Assembly: GCA_965214095.1 (NCBI GenBank)
Contig: OZ243938.1
Span: forward strand, 608,001 to 672,000
Length of the DNA stretch: 64,000 nt
Direction: 5' to 3'
Source: Candidatus Poribacteria bacterium
Lineage (GTDB): Bacteria; Poribacteria; WGA-4E; WGA-3G
Under the pieces are notes generated by a model. It was not told where the DNA came from, made no database searches, and worked only from the letters and a program-made list of their open reading frames with translations. Below, one piece after another: positions 29,293 to 39,087 of this stretch. Both the position numbers and the translations under genes were made by a program. Numbering within the stretch: position 1 is the first letter of the stretch; each line of letters begins with the position of its first letter.

Positions 29293-31776
29293 TTAACGTA
29301 ATATCTTTACATTGATAACCGGACTGTCTTGTTGAAAAGTCTTTCCGTTTATAATAGCAGTAGCACGAAATCTGACCTGATAGGTCTTGGCTTCCAAAGA
29401 ACTCAGTGCCTCTAAATCTACTTCAATATCATTTTCATTGATAGGTATAGTCGCATCTGGGATAGTGATACCTTCTGGCACCGTTATCGGTTTTATAGTA
29501 ACAATATCCGTAAAACTTCCCTTCCGAACAATGCTCATTGTAAGTGTTGCAGATTTGGTAATCGGTTCAACCTTCGTCTCAGGTTCTGCTTGTGAAGTTT
29601 CAGTTGGACTCGGATTTGAGACCGCGACAGTTTCACCTTCTGCTGCTGCTGCCTGTGGTGCAGTTTCGTCTGTTTGCTTTGGAAATACAATGCTAAAACG
29701 CAATGGTTCAATCGTTACAATAAATGGTGCTTCAACGACTGTCAAAGGTATAACAGGAGATGACTCGGAATAGTTTTCTCGGTTGACATTCGCGGTACCA
29801 CTCACAGAAATGTAACTTGTTCCTGGAGTGGGGACAACAGAGAACTGCTCTCGACGTTCAACTGTACCCGCTCTCAATGAAATCACTGCACTATTTTTAC
29901 CCGCAGGAATTGTTGCCTTTCCGCCTGTGATACGAGCCGGAACACCTTGCACATTTAAGGCAATTGCCCCAGTGAAGTCAGCCCTTCGATCCGCAATCAC
30001 ATGAAAGTTTGTAGCTTTATTGTGAACAACGTTCACATCAACATCAGCAAATGATAGTGTAAATGGTGGTGTGTCCAACACCGTCAAGAGAATACCTTTC
30101 GGTGATGCAGTTTCCTCTATACGTTGACCACCAACAGCACTAACGCCAACAATAGAAAATGGATGTAGTCCCAACTCAGCGTCCTTTGGTGCGGTAATCG
30201 TTAACAGTGCTTGATTTTGACCGGGAAAGAGAATAGTTGGACTAACAACAAATCCTTTGGGTAGATCAGGAGAATAAAAACGGAGTGCACCATTGAATCC
30301 ATCTATCCGTCCAACTGAAGCAGTCAACATAAGCGTGCCACCGCGGCTAATCCGAGGATTGTCAGCATTCACACTCAAACGAAAACCTTGTTTCAGAGTA
30401 CGTATTGTAAGTCTATACGGAAAATTACTACCACCTGCATTATTTAGGTCTCGTATTGAAATACCGTAATCACCGGCTTCTGGGAATGTAAATGCAATCC
30501 TTGCGTCTGTTCCACTTGCATCATCATTGACCCGTAATATCTGTTCTACTACACTTCCTTCTGCTTCACCCTTTTTATGTGAATAGATAGTTAGCACCGG
30601 GTCGAGATGTGAACGGAACTCGCGTGCTTTTACATCAAAGACTAAACTCGTTCCTTTTTCAACTTTGATGGAATACCTATCTACATCTCCTTCTTTCTCT
30701 ATTCTACCGTTGACTGTGATCGGTGTACCAATTTTGTTTTCTTGTGCCAACGCATCATTCGGTTCAGTCTCGTTAGTCTCATTAAATTCACCAATAGCAA
30801 ATGGATATGGGTTTGTCTCTAAACCGTTGGGATTGCTAACTCTGAGCTCCTGAATGCCAAGTGTTGCATCCGGTGAAATATCAAGTTGTATCGCATTCAC
30901 AGATCCCAAATTAGCACCAGCAACATTGACTGTATTTGCAGCACCGCGTTTTCCACCTAATGGAAAAACACTCTGAAGATAGGGTAACTCTCCGATATTC
31001 AACCGATATAGATAATTGCCACCACCTTGGTATCTCACATCACGTAGGTGTAGTGTATATTTCCCTGCCATTTGGGTCGTATAATCAATAAATGAATCTA
31101 ACCCATTCCCATCCAAACTTTTTACAACCTCAGTACCATTTGGGTCATACAAAACCATATACGAATCTAAAGGAGACCCAATACGTTGCGCGAATATATC
31201 AGATATGAGACGCGCTCCTTTTCTTAAATTAAAATGAAATATATCCACATCATCAATAGAAGCAACCGTACCATTAACAGTAACTGGCAACTCAAGCATA
31301 TTTGATTCTTCATTGGTAGAATTTGGCTCCTGCTCCTTCATCTCAGGGAGGTCACCGACCATGAAGTTTTGTGGGTTCGAGACACCGTTTGGTGTGATAA
31401 GACGTATCTGATGATTCCCGAGTGGTGCGTTCGGTGCAATTTCAAATGACAGAACTAACCGAGGGTCATTTGGAATGTTCGCTGAAATACCAGATCCTGT
31501 AAAGCGAACGGTCGCTACAGGTGTTTTTTGCTTTATTTCTGCTTTGATACCTTCTTTATTAAGCCAAATCTTCGCACTTTCGTCTATGTTTTTTCCGACT
31601 AATGTTACTTCGATCGTTTGTCCGCGTTGTGCTGCACGTGGGGATATACTCGACAATTGTGGCGCAACTTGGGCATGTGATATCCCTACAATCAAAAAGA
31701 AGGTTAGGACAACTTGAATTAGGAATTGTTTTTTATACTTTGTTGCTATATGTTTACAGAATAGTGGTTCAAGCAT
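29293..31776 (-). CDS. Secreted PPC-domain (pre-peptidase C-terminal) repeat protein, Planctomycete type
   Basis: Repeated E.EPN, TVNG.I...DVD.F, SPLDS, AG.Y.L.LRD..Y.GG..Y.YRL motifs. Confidence 0.8.
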   Translation of the reverse strand: MLEPLFCKHIATKYKKQFLIQVVLTFFLIVGISHAQVAPQLSSISPRAAQRGQTIEVTLVGKNIDESAKIWLNKEGIKAEIKQKTPVATVRFTGSGISANIPNDPRLVLSFEIAPNAPLGNHQIRLITPNGVSNPQNFMVGDLPEMKEQEPNSTNEESNMLELPVTVNGTVASIDDVDIFHFNLRKGARLISDIFAQRIGSPLDSYMVLYDPNGTEVVKSLDGNGLDSFIDYTTQMAGKYTLHLRDVRYQGGGNYLYRLNIGELPYLQSVFPLGGKRGAANTVNVAGANLGSVNAIQLDISPDATLGIQELRVSNPNGLETNPYPFAIGEFNETNETEPNDALAQENKIGTPITVNGRIEKEGDVDRYSIKVEKGTSLVFDVKAREFRSHLDPVLTIYSHKKGEAEGSVVEQILRVNDDASGTDARIAFTFPEAGDYGISIRDLNNAGGSNFPYRLTIRTLKQGFRLSVNADNPRISRGGTLMLTASVGRIDGFNGALRFYSPDLPKGFVVSPTILFPGQNQALLTITAPKDAELGLHPFSIVGVSAVGGQRIEETASPKGILLTVLDTPPFTLSFADVDVNVVHNKATNFHVIADRRADFTGAIALNVQGVPARITGGKATIPAGKNSAVISLRAGTVERREQFSVVPTPGTSYISVSGTANVNRENYSESSPVIPLTVVEAPFIVTIEPLRFSIVFPKQTDETAPQAAAAEGETVAVSNPSPTETSQAEPETKVEPITKSATLTMSIVRKGSFTDIVTIKPITVPEGITIPDATIPINENDIEVDLEALSSLEAKTYQVRFRATAIINGKTFQQDSPVINVKILR

Positions 31777-31879
31777 ATTATATACCTCTTAGACAAGGAC
31801 TTATACCGTTTTCAATTGATAATACTTAGTAGTTATGATGTGCTCATTTGGGTAGGAATAAAATAATTGGTTTTCCACA

Positions 31880-32797
31880 TTATATCGTTACCGAAGCTAA
31901 CCCCTCTGAAAAAAGTCCAGCTTCCTTAAATCTCGGTTCAATAACCCACTCTCCCGATTTGTCAATGTAACCGTACTTAGCATCTACATAAAGTCCAGTT
32001 CCCTTGAAACTCTCATCATATACCCACTGACCCGATTTCTCAAAGTAACCATACTTAGCATTTACAGCCACAGGTGCAAGTCCTTCAGAAAACTCCCAGG
32101 CTGTATCAAATCTCGGTTCAATGACTACGATCCCGGTTTTATCTGCATAACCGTATTTATGATCGATCTTAACACCGACCAACCCTTCAGAGAAATATGG
32201 CGGATAAAATATTAACTCGGATTCAAGAACCATCTGACCGGTTTTATCAATAAAACCCCGTTTTCCCTCCTTTGTTTTTACATAGGCATAACCTTCAGAG
32301 AAATCTGTAGTGTCTCCAAAGCGAAGTGGAATTACAACTGCCCCCGTTGTATCAATATAACCTTCATTGATCTTCTCTCCTTTCAATCCTACTCTTGCTA
32401 ATCCCTCATAAAAGGATAAAAAGCATTCATAAAGAGGGACGAGTGTCCACTCACCGCCGGTGTTAATATAACCAACGGTCATTTCGGTTCTTACAAAAGC
32501 TAAACCGTCTGAAAAGTGATCAGCAAATTTAAACGTCGGCGGTATGACCACAGTGCCAACTCTATTGATGTAGCCGTATTTACCATCTATAGAAACAGCA
32601 GCTAATCCTTCACTGAACCAAGATGCCGTTTCAAATTGGAGGGGAATGACAAAATCACCTTGTTTGTCAATGAACCCAGATTTTCCATCAACTGCCACAG
32701 ATGCTACACCTTCAGAAAATTCGTTGCAGCCATCAAACTGTGGAGGAATGACGAAACTACCCCCTTTGTCAATATAACCGTATTTTGACATACTCAA
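31880..32797 (-). CDS. WG-repeat protein
   Basis: About 7 repeats of KYGYIDK.G..VI.P.F....FSEGLA.V. Confidence 0.9.
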   Translation of the reverse strand: MSMSKYGYIDKGGSFVIPPQFDGCNEFSEGVASVAVDGKSGFIDKQGDFVIPLQFETASWFSEGLAAVSIDGKYGYINRVGTVVIPPTFKFADHFSDGLAFVRTEMTVGYINTGGEWTLVPLYECFLSFYEGLARVGLKGEKINEGYIDTTGAVVIPLRFGDTTDFSEGYAYVKTKEGKRGFIDKTGQMVLESELIFYPPYFSEGLVGVKIDHKYGYADKTGIVVIEPRFDTAWEFSEGLAPVAVNAKYGYFEKSGQWVYDESFKGTGLYVDAKYGYIDKSGEWVIEPRFKEAGLFSEGLASVTI

Positions 32798-32856
32798 GGC
32801 CTACTTGATTAGTAGTGTTGTTTTCTGTGGTGTATGTGTTCCACAGAAAACTTTCA

Positions 32857-33996
32857 CTAACGGAAGATGAATTGACACCCGGCAGTGAACTGTAATCGGT
32901 TGATGAGTTGTATCCCTGTTAGATTTTGATACACCGGTATCTGAATCTCAAACGCTAAACGGTTCCGTTGAAGAGGCCCTCTTGTAGGGGTAGGGATCAT
33001 AAAATCAGTTGAAATAGCGATGTCAAGTTGCGTGCTGCCTTGGGAATCTATTTGATGGATTGGACTTATGCTTTGATTCAACTCAGGACCGCTGCTGCTG
33101 AATGCCGCTTTGTGTGAAAATAGAAGTCTCCCTCCAAACTGGAACCAATTGTTTACGCGTTGTGTGCTCCAAGCAGTCACGGTAAAAGTGTTGCCATGCC
33201 GATATTTGCGTGCATTTTGATGTAAGGGTAAGGAACTTATCAATTGACTACCATAACTCCAGTCCTCTTTTGTACCGAAAACCGTGATGGCCGGACGAAC
33301 TTCATAGGAACCACTACCGAGTTGCATCGGGTAAGGCAGTACCCGTCCATCATCTCCCGTTTTCGCGATACTCCCTGCTGGCAACGAAACACCGATGTTT
33401 CCGACGAGCGTAAGGTGATCTTTTTTCAATAACGTGAGTAACGTATCAAATTTGATATCACCAAAACCTTCGCTGTCTATATTATATATCCCAACAGGTT
33501 GTTTTTGATGGTCTCTTTGCTGATATGAACCTTCCATCTGCATGTACTGTTCATGATAATTCATTATCGCCATCAAAGTAATATGATCATGCGGGGCATA
33601 GGTAGTGCTGAATATCTGTGTTGATGTAATTATATAGTTTGGAGCAAACATATAATCTTTTAGCACATCTGCCGTTTCAATCGTTTCTGTGCCAGACTGC
33701 AATGCATGCAAACCTATCACCACACCTCGTTGGCTGAACACTACATCACCTGCTTTGTATCCGTGATCGGTTATTAAACCAATAGGTGCGTTTCCACCAA
33801 GACGAAGTGTTGAATTATCCGCGAAAGTGACAGACAACGTGAGTAGAAGAAGAGTAATACCGAGTGTTATTCCCAGAACTTTTGATTGCCAATTATACTT
33901 TTTGAATAACATTATAATCTCCACATTTATAGTAGAATTTACAATTGATGTAAGACATTGGTAGGCGCGCTTACTAAGCAAACCTGTGGATATCAA
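32857..33996 (-). CDS. Putative outer-membrane beta-barrel transporter (MetA/phenol-degradation-like family); start probably ATG 33912
   Basis: APIG, EGFGDI, GVSLPAGSI, LPYPMQLGSGSY, YRHGN, terminal aromatic beta-strand. Confidence 0.6.
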   Translation of the reverse strand: MISTGLLSKRAYQCLTSIVNSTINVEIIMLFKKYNWQSKVLGITLGITLLLLTLSVTFADNSTLRLGGNAPIGLITDHGYKAGDVVFSQRGVVIGLHALQSGTETIETADVLKDYMFAPNYIITSTQIFSTTYAPHDHITLMAIMNYHEQYMQMEGSYQQRDHQKQPVGIYNIDSEGFGDIKFDTLLTLLKKDHLTLVGNIGVSLPAGSIAKTGDDGRVLPYPMQLGSGSYEVRPAITVFGTKEDWSYGSQLISSLPLHQNARKYRHGNTFTVTAWSTQRVNNWFQFGGRLLFSHKAAFSSSGPELNQSISPIHQIDSQGSTQLDIAISTDFMIPTPTRGPLQRNRLAFEIQIPVYQNLTGIQLINRLQFTAGCQFIFR

Positions 33997-34053
33997 AATT
34001 TTCTTATATTCTATTACTACTATTTAAGACTTCAGTTACTCTATTTGTATGAG

Positions 34054-34093
34054 AAAACCAGTGCTTAAACTCTAATTGTCCAAGCACTGGTTT
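34054..34093 (-). terminator. Hairpin / terminator downstream of the DUF1501 gene
   Basis: AAACCAGTGCTT...AAGCACTGGTTT 12-bp inverted repeat. Confidence 0.5.
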
Positions 34094-34109
34094 CAGTATT
34101 AGAACTAAT

Positions 34110-35558
34110 TTAGAATATGCCTGTAATCACTTCGCCTTTCACCAATTCCCGTGGTTGGTCTAAGTGATTCATCACAATAGTGTGCGGATCAATACCAAGT
34201 GTATGATAAATCGTAGCGAGGATATCGCGCGGATGCACAGGTTTTTCAAGTGGTGTTGAACCTGTTGCATCAGACTTACCATAAACCTGACCACCTTTGA
34301 CACCAGCACCTGCGATCAAACCGGTATAGCAATAGGGCCAATGGTCACGTCCATCAGGCGCGTTTCCATTACCAGATGTACTAATACCCATCCGTGGTGA
34401 TCGTCCAAATTCACCAATAGCGAGCACAAGCGTCTCTTCTAACATACCCTTCTGATCTAAATCTTCGAGCAGAGAAGAAACCGCACTATCTAACTTGGGA
34501 CAGTGTAGGTTTTTCAACGGACCAAAGTTGGCAGCATGCGTATCCCATGCAGTAGTATTTGGATTGCCGTTCGCTACTGAAGGCCAGTTCACCTGAACGA
34601 ATCGCGTACCTGCTTCTACCAAACGGCGTGCAAGCAGTGCACTCTGACCAAATGTATGTCGACCATACTTGTCACGTAGTACATCCGTTTCTTGAGACAA
34701 ATCAAACGCATTTCGTGCCTTCTGTGAAAGGATGAGATCATACGCCTTTTCATAATATTCGTTCAATGCATAAGAATCGGCGACCTTGTCAATCTCTGGC
34801 ATATTTGCGTTGATCGTTTCGAGTAGAGTTTTTCGACGCTGCAATCGCGCAGGTGGTATTTCGGGTCGGAGTGACAGATCATCCAACTTGATTTCTTGGT
34901 TCGGATCTTGGAAGAGAAAATACGGGTCATACGCTCTACCGAGGAACCCAGCATTTCCACCTTTACCAATGATACCACTCTCCTGCATCGGTCGTGGGAG
35001 TTGCACAGCTGCCAACATCGGTTCATCTGGTGGTTTGAACTTCGCAATATGTGCAGCAGCATTTGGATGGTCAGCAGGTGAGGGTGGGTCAAGCTGCCCC
35101 GAAGGCGCGACCTTGTCCGGTGTCTCTCCTGTAACCATCTGATACATCGCAGCAGTATGATTGAAAAGTCCCGCTGGCGTATAACTCACTGAACGAATCA
35201 GACATGCTTTATCCATCTGTTGCGCTAATTTCGGCATCGTTTCTGATAACTGAATGCCAGGTACATTTGTCGGAATAGGATTAAATTCACCCCGTATATT
35301 TGACGGAGCATCAGGTTTTGGATCCCAGATATCAATGTGACTCGGTCCACCTTGTAAGAATAGCAAAATGACAGAATTTGCTTTACCCCAACCGTTGAGA
35401 GGCGTCACGGGGGCAACTGTCGTGTTTGCCTTGGCTTGGAGTGACAATACTTGTGGTAGACTTATACCGAGCATCGCCGCGCCACCCACGCGGAGAAACT
35501 CTCTACGTGAGAACCCATCACATAATCTTCCGGGTGTTTGTGGTAACGATATCATCAA
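34110..35558 (-). CDS. DUF1501 domain protein (Tat-exported)
   Basis: SRREFLRVG; LQGGPSHIDIWDPKP; LLARRLVEAGTRFV; WDTH; GEFGRSP; GRDHWP. Confidence 0.93.
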   Translation of the reverse strand: MMISLPQTPGRLCDGFSRREFLRVGGAAMLGISLPQVLSLQAKANTTVAPVTPLNGWGKANSVILLFLQGGPSHIDIWDPKPDAPSNIRGEFNPIPTNVPGIQLSETMPKLAQQMDKACLIRSVSYTPAGLFNHTAAMYQMVTGETPDKVAPSGQLDPPSPADHPNAAAHIAKFKPPDEPMLAAVQLPRPMQESGIIGKGGNAGFLGRAYDPYFLFQDPNQEIKLDDLSLRPEIPPARLQRRKTLLETINANMPEIDKVADSYALNEYYEKAYDLILSQKARNAFDLSQETDVLRDKYGRHTFGQSALLARRLVEAGTRFVQVNWPSVANGNPNTTAWDTHAANFGPLKNLHCPKLDSAVSSLLEDLDQKGMLEETLVLAIGEFGRSPRMGISTSGNGNAPDGRDHWPYCYTGLIAGAGVKGGQVYGKSDATGSTPLEKPVHPRDILATIYHTLGIDPHTIVMNHLDQPRELVKGEVITGIF

Positions 35559-35621
35559 TTATTTCCTCCATTGTGTCGTGTGAGAACTATCTCTATTATA
35601 ACACACAAATCGGTTTAGGCA

Positions 35622-38111
35622 TTAACGATTGAATAAGAATGCAGGACTATTAATTAATGCCCACATCAAATCTTGTACGCCTTCCTCCTTAGATTTGGCA
35701 CTGGCAAGATGATCAATCGCAATCGTATATTCGTTCTCCATTGGTAACCGTGCAAATGTTGCAAGATACATCTCTTCAATGATGACACGATCATCATTGT
35801 TTTCTTTGAGGAGTTTTGCAATTCGTCCGTTAGGATCAATAATAGCATTCGCAACGGTTGGTCCGTTGATTAGGTTCATCGCATGAGCGAGGCTTACTTC
35901 AGTTGTTCTTTCACATTCACAAGAACTCTCACGTTCCGGACGACCAAACAATTTCAAAAATCCATCGTCCTTTACTTTACTATCGGGTAATTGAACAGCA
36001 CGGAACTCTTTTGGAACACCTTGAAACTTCGGTTGACTGCCAGTAGCAACACCTATGGCATCTAACAACTGTTCTGCTGTCAACCTTCTGGCAATTCCGT
36101 GTGAAAAATTAATCGTGTCTTCTTTATTCCATTCGTTCGTCTTGATACTCTGTTGATATGTTCGAGAACGGACAATCGTTTTCATGATATGCTTAATATC
36201 AAATCCGCTTTCAACAAAATCCTTCGTTAGGGCATCAAGAAGTTCAGGATTGCTGGGTGGGTTACTTGTCCGAATATCATCAACAGGTTCAATGATACCA
36301 CGTCCCATAAAGTAACTCCATATACGGTTTACACCAGCTCTCGCAAACATCGGATTTTCAGTTGAGGTTAACCATTCTGCTAAAGATTCACGTTTATTAG
36401 TGATTTCTTTCTTTGTTTCACCAAATGGAACAGACGGTGGCACAACCGCTAAGGTTCTCGGATGTTGAACCGGCGTAGGATTGAAACTGGCATAGACAAC
36501 TTCTTCACCCGGTAATCGTCCATTTTTGACCTTAACATCTGAGAAAAATGCACCGAATTCATAGTATTGATTCTGTGTCCATACCTCAAATGGATGGTCA
36601 TGGCATTTATTACAGGAGAACCGAACCCCAAGAAATAGCTGCGTTGTATTCTCAACTGCTGCAGTATATTCACGTGAAACACGGAAATAATTCGCCGCCG
36701 GGTTCTGATAAGCACTACCAGTAGCAGTAATCAAATCATGAACAAATTTGTCGTAAGGACGGTTTTCTGCAATTGACTCATGTATCCACTGTTGGAAAAG
36801 CCACATACCGCGTTCACCAAGGAATTTTCGGTTTGATTGCAGCAAATCACCCCATTTATGTGTCCAATGATCAACATATTCTGAGGTATCTACCAACTCA
36901 TCAATCAGTTTTTCACGTTTCTCCTTAGTGGGTGTTTTATCGGCAAGGAAACTTCGCACCTTATCAGGTGAAGGTGGCAGTCCGGTCATATCAAAATAAA
37001 TCCTACGTACAAACTCTTCATCTGTACAAAGTTCAGACGGTAGGATTTTCAACCTTTTCAGTTTGTTGTGGACATGTGTATCTATATAGTTGTAAACAGG
37101 TGTCTCAACCCATTCGTATCCACTCCGATCCCCCATCACGATGATGCCATTCGTACTATACGCACCTTCATAACGAGTAAGGATTGCAGTCTCTCCACGA
37201 CGTTCTGCTGTAACAACTCCATCGTCAGTTACCTTAGCAACGTCATTCATGCTGCTGGTGAATTTCGCTTCACGAGTGACATCACGTGTTGTGCCATCTG
37301 GATAGTGAGCAATAACTATTAATTGCTGCTTTGTCCCTGGCATAGACAACTCTGCTGAATCCGGAAATACCTCTAAACGTTCAACACGTTGGGTTTTTTC
37401 AACATCCGATACGACACCTTCACTAATCCATTGATGAATCAGATTGTAGTCACGCGATTCTGGAACGATGACCTGTCCACCCTTGTGTGGAACTTCCGAT
37501 GTCGGTTTCAGCAACATCAAACTCTGCTCTGGAAACGCACGATTGAAACGTCTACCTGATATATCCTCAATCAACAATTCGTAGTCGAAATCAGGATCGT
37601 AACCACGTAGAGAGAGTTTGAAGCCGTTTTTCCCTTTTGCACCACCATGACACGTGCCGTTATTACAACCCGCATGACTCAAGATCGGCATGACATCTCT
37701 AACAAAACTTACAGGTGGGGCATCAACACTTTTCACAGTCACAGGTAATTCGGTTGTCATACCATTAACTGTTACAACTATCTTTGTATTGCCAACTGCT
37801 GCAGGAAAGATATATCCATCTTCATGTAATTTTACACCATCTGAGGCAGGTTTTAGTACTGCCCACGTTGTTACATCAACCCATTTTCCATCTTTCGTTT
37901 GTCCCGAAACAAGCACACGACGACCATCTCGCGCATGCTCAAGCATCAGAGACTCTGGGTGAGTTTTCAACGCTTTTATATCAGGAACTTCTACACTCGG
38001 TGTTGTCTCCTCCATCTGACCCCATGTTGATTGTTGTAAAATCATACAACACGAGAGAACAACAAGAAGGGCAACAACCAAGTTTAAATTGAGTTTCACA
38101 TTAACCTCCAA
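35622..38111 (-). CDS. DUF1549/DUF1553 (PSCyt2/PSD1) protein with Ig-like domains
   Basis: SFVRDVMPIL..GCNNGTCHG; FVRRIYFDMTG; CNKCHDHPF; GRGIIEPVDD; CECER; DLMWALINS. Confidence 0.92.
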   Translation of the reverse strand: MEVNVKLNLNLVVALLVVLSCCMILQQSTWGQMEETTPSVEVPDIKALKTHPESLMLEHARDGRRVLVSGQTKDGKWVDVTTWAVLKPASDGVKLHEDGYIFPAAVGNTKIVVTVNGMTTELPVTVKSVDAPPVSFVRDVMPILSHAGCNNGTCHGGAKGKNGFKLSLRGYDPDFDYELLIEDISGRRFNRAFPEQSLMLLKPTSEVPHKGGQVIVPESRDYNLIHQWISEGVVSDVEKTQRVERLEVFPDSAELSMPGTKQQLIVIAHYPDGTTRDVTREAKFTSSMNDVAKVTDDGVVTAERRGETAILTRYEGAYSTNGIIVMGDRSGYEWVETPVYNYIDTHVHNKLKRLKILPSELCTDEEFVRRIYFDMTGLPPSPDKVRSFLADKTPTKEKREKLIDELVDTSEYVDHWTHKWGDLLQSNRKFLGERGMWLFQQWIHESIAENRPYDKFVHDLITATGSAYQNPAANYFRVSREYTAAVENTTQLFLGVRFSCNKCHDHPFEVWTQNQYYEFGAFFSDVKVKNGRLPGEEVVYASFNPTPVQHPRTLAVVPPSVPFGETKKEITNKRESLAEWLTSTENPMFARAGVNRIWSYFMGRGIIEPVDDIRTSNPPSNPELLDALTKDFVESGFDIKHIMKTIVRSRTYQQSIKTNEWNKEDTINFSHGIARRLTAEQLLDAIGVATGSQPKFQGVPKEFRAVQLPDSKVKDDGFLKLFGRPERESSCECERTTEVSLAHAMNLINGPTVANAIIDPNGRIAKLLKENNDDRVIIEEMYLATFARLPMENEYTIAIDHLASAKSKEEGVQDLMWALINSPAFLFNR

Positions 38112-38180
38112 AGTGTGACATGAAACTGATTCTCACGGTAGAACCGTCTTTTTTACTATTATACCAATTTTTTTGACTTT

Positions 38181-38999
38181 TTACCTCTGATTCTTCAAAT
38201 CTCCCCAAACTACGGGCAATTTCCCGCGAGAGGATACATCTAAATATGCTGATTCACTTGCTAACCAATTAATTATATTTTCTGTGACTTGTTCTAAGTT
38301 ATCAATACTCTGATTATTCTTATGATAGTTTGGTAGTCGCCAATTCAAGTTAAAGACTTTACCGTCTCCTGCTTCCCAATACCCAAAGGCAGCAATTCTG
38401 TCAGCATAATCAGTTCCACCTTCCCAAGCATGAGCAAGGGTGGTAAAATTCTTAGCAAGACTGTCAAAATAATCCCCGCTCAGTGGATAACCCGTAGAAT
38501 TTAATTGAATCCAATCATTAAGTTTTGGAGCATCCCCATCAACGTTTTCCAGACCATCGATTAGACCAAGGTCTATTGTCTCTTGCAAAACAATTATTCC
38601 AACTTTACTGCCGTCGTCAACAACGGGGTCAAATAAGCGCGGTTGTGCAGCCTCAAGTCCCATGGGTGTGACATAACTAAATGCCCTACCCGTAAAGAGC
38701 AAAGCACCACCACTTTCGGCATAATCTAAAAGCGCATCAATTTCTGCATTGGACAACTCACCAGGATCGGTATCACCTTCATGCCACCACACAACGCCAT
38801 AATTCTTCAAAGTTGCACTCTTAATGTCGTTTTTTCCTAATTCTGTTGTGCTAAATGAATCTTTAGCAAATTCCAACGCAGGTTTCGTAAAATCTCCATT
38901 ATCTCCAAGATAAAGAAATCCTACCTCTAATGCTGCGTTTACCACATTTAAACCACATATTAGCATTAATGTCAAGTAAATGATAATTTTTTTATGCAT
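38181..38999 (-). CDS. Secreted protein with a class-I glutamine-amidotransferase-like fold and a C-terminal 'GKLPVVWGDLK' tail
   Basis: Signal peptide; YGVVWWH, LLDYAESGGALLF, GDGKVF, ENIINWL. Confidence 0.6.
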   Translation of the reverse strand: MHKKIIIYLTLMLICGLNVVNAALEVGFLYLGDNGDFTKPALEFAKDSFSTTELGKNDIKSATLKNYGVVWWHEGDTDPGELSNAEIDALLDYAESGGALLFTGRAFSYVTPMGLEAAQPRLFDPVVDDGSKVGIIVLQETIDLGLIDGLENVDGDAPKLNDWIQLNSTGYPLSGDYFDSLAKNFTTLAHAWEGGTDYADRIAAFGYWEAGDGKVFNLNWRLPNYHKNNQSIDNLEQVTENIINWLASESAYLDVSSRGKLPVVWGDLKNQR

Positions 39000-39087
39000 T
39001 CTTTCCTCCGATTTTAAGGGTAAAGTAAATCTATCAACATTATAACGCTTTACAAAATATGTGCAACTAAATTATGAATATAACAAA

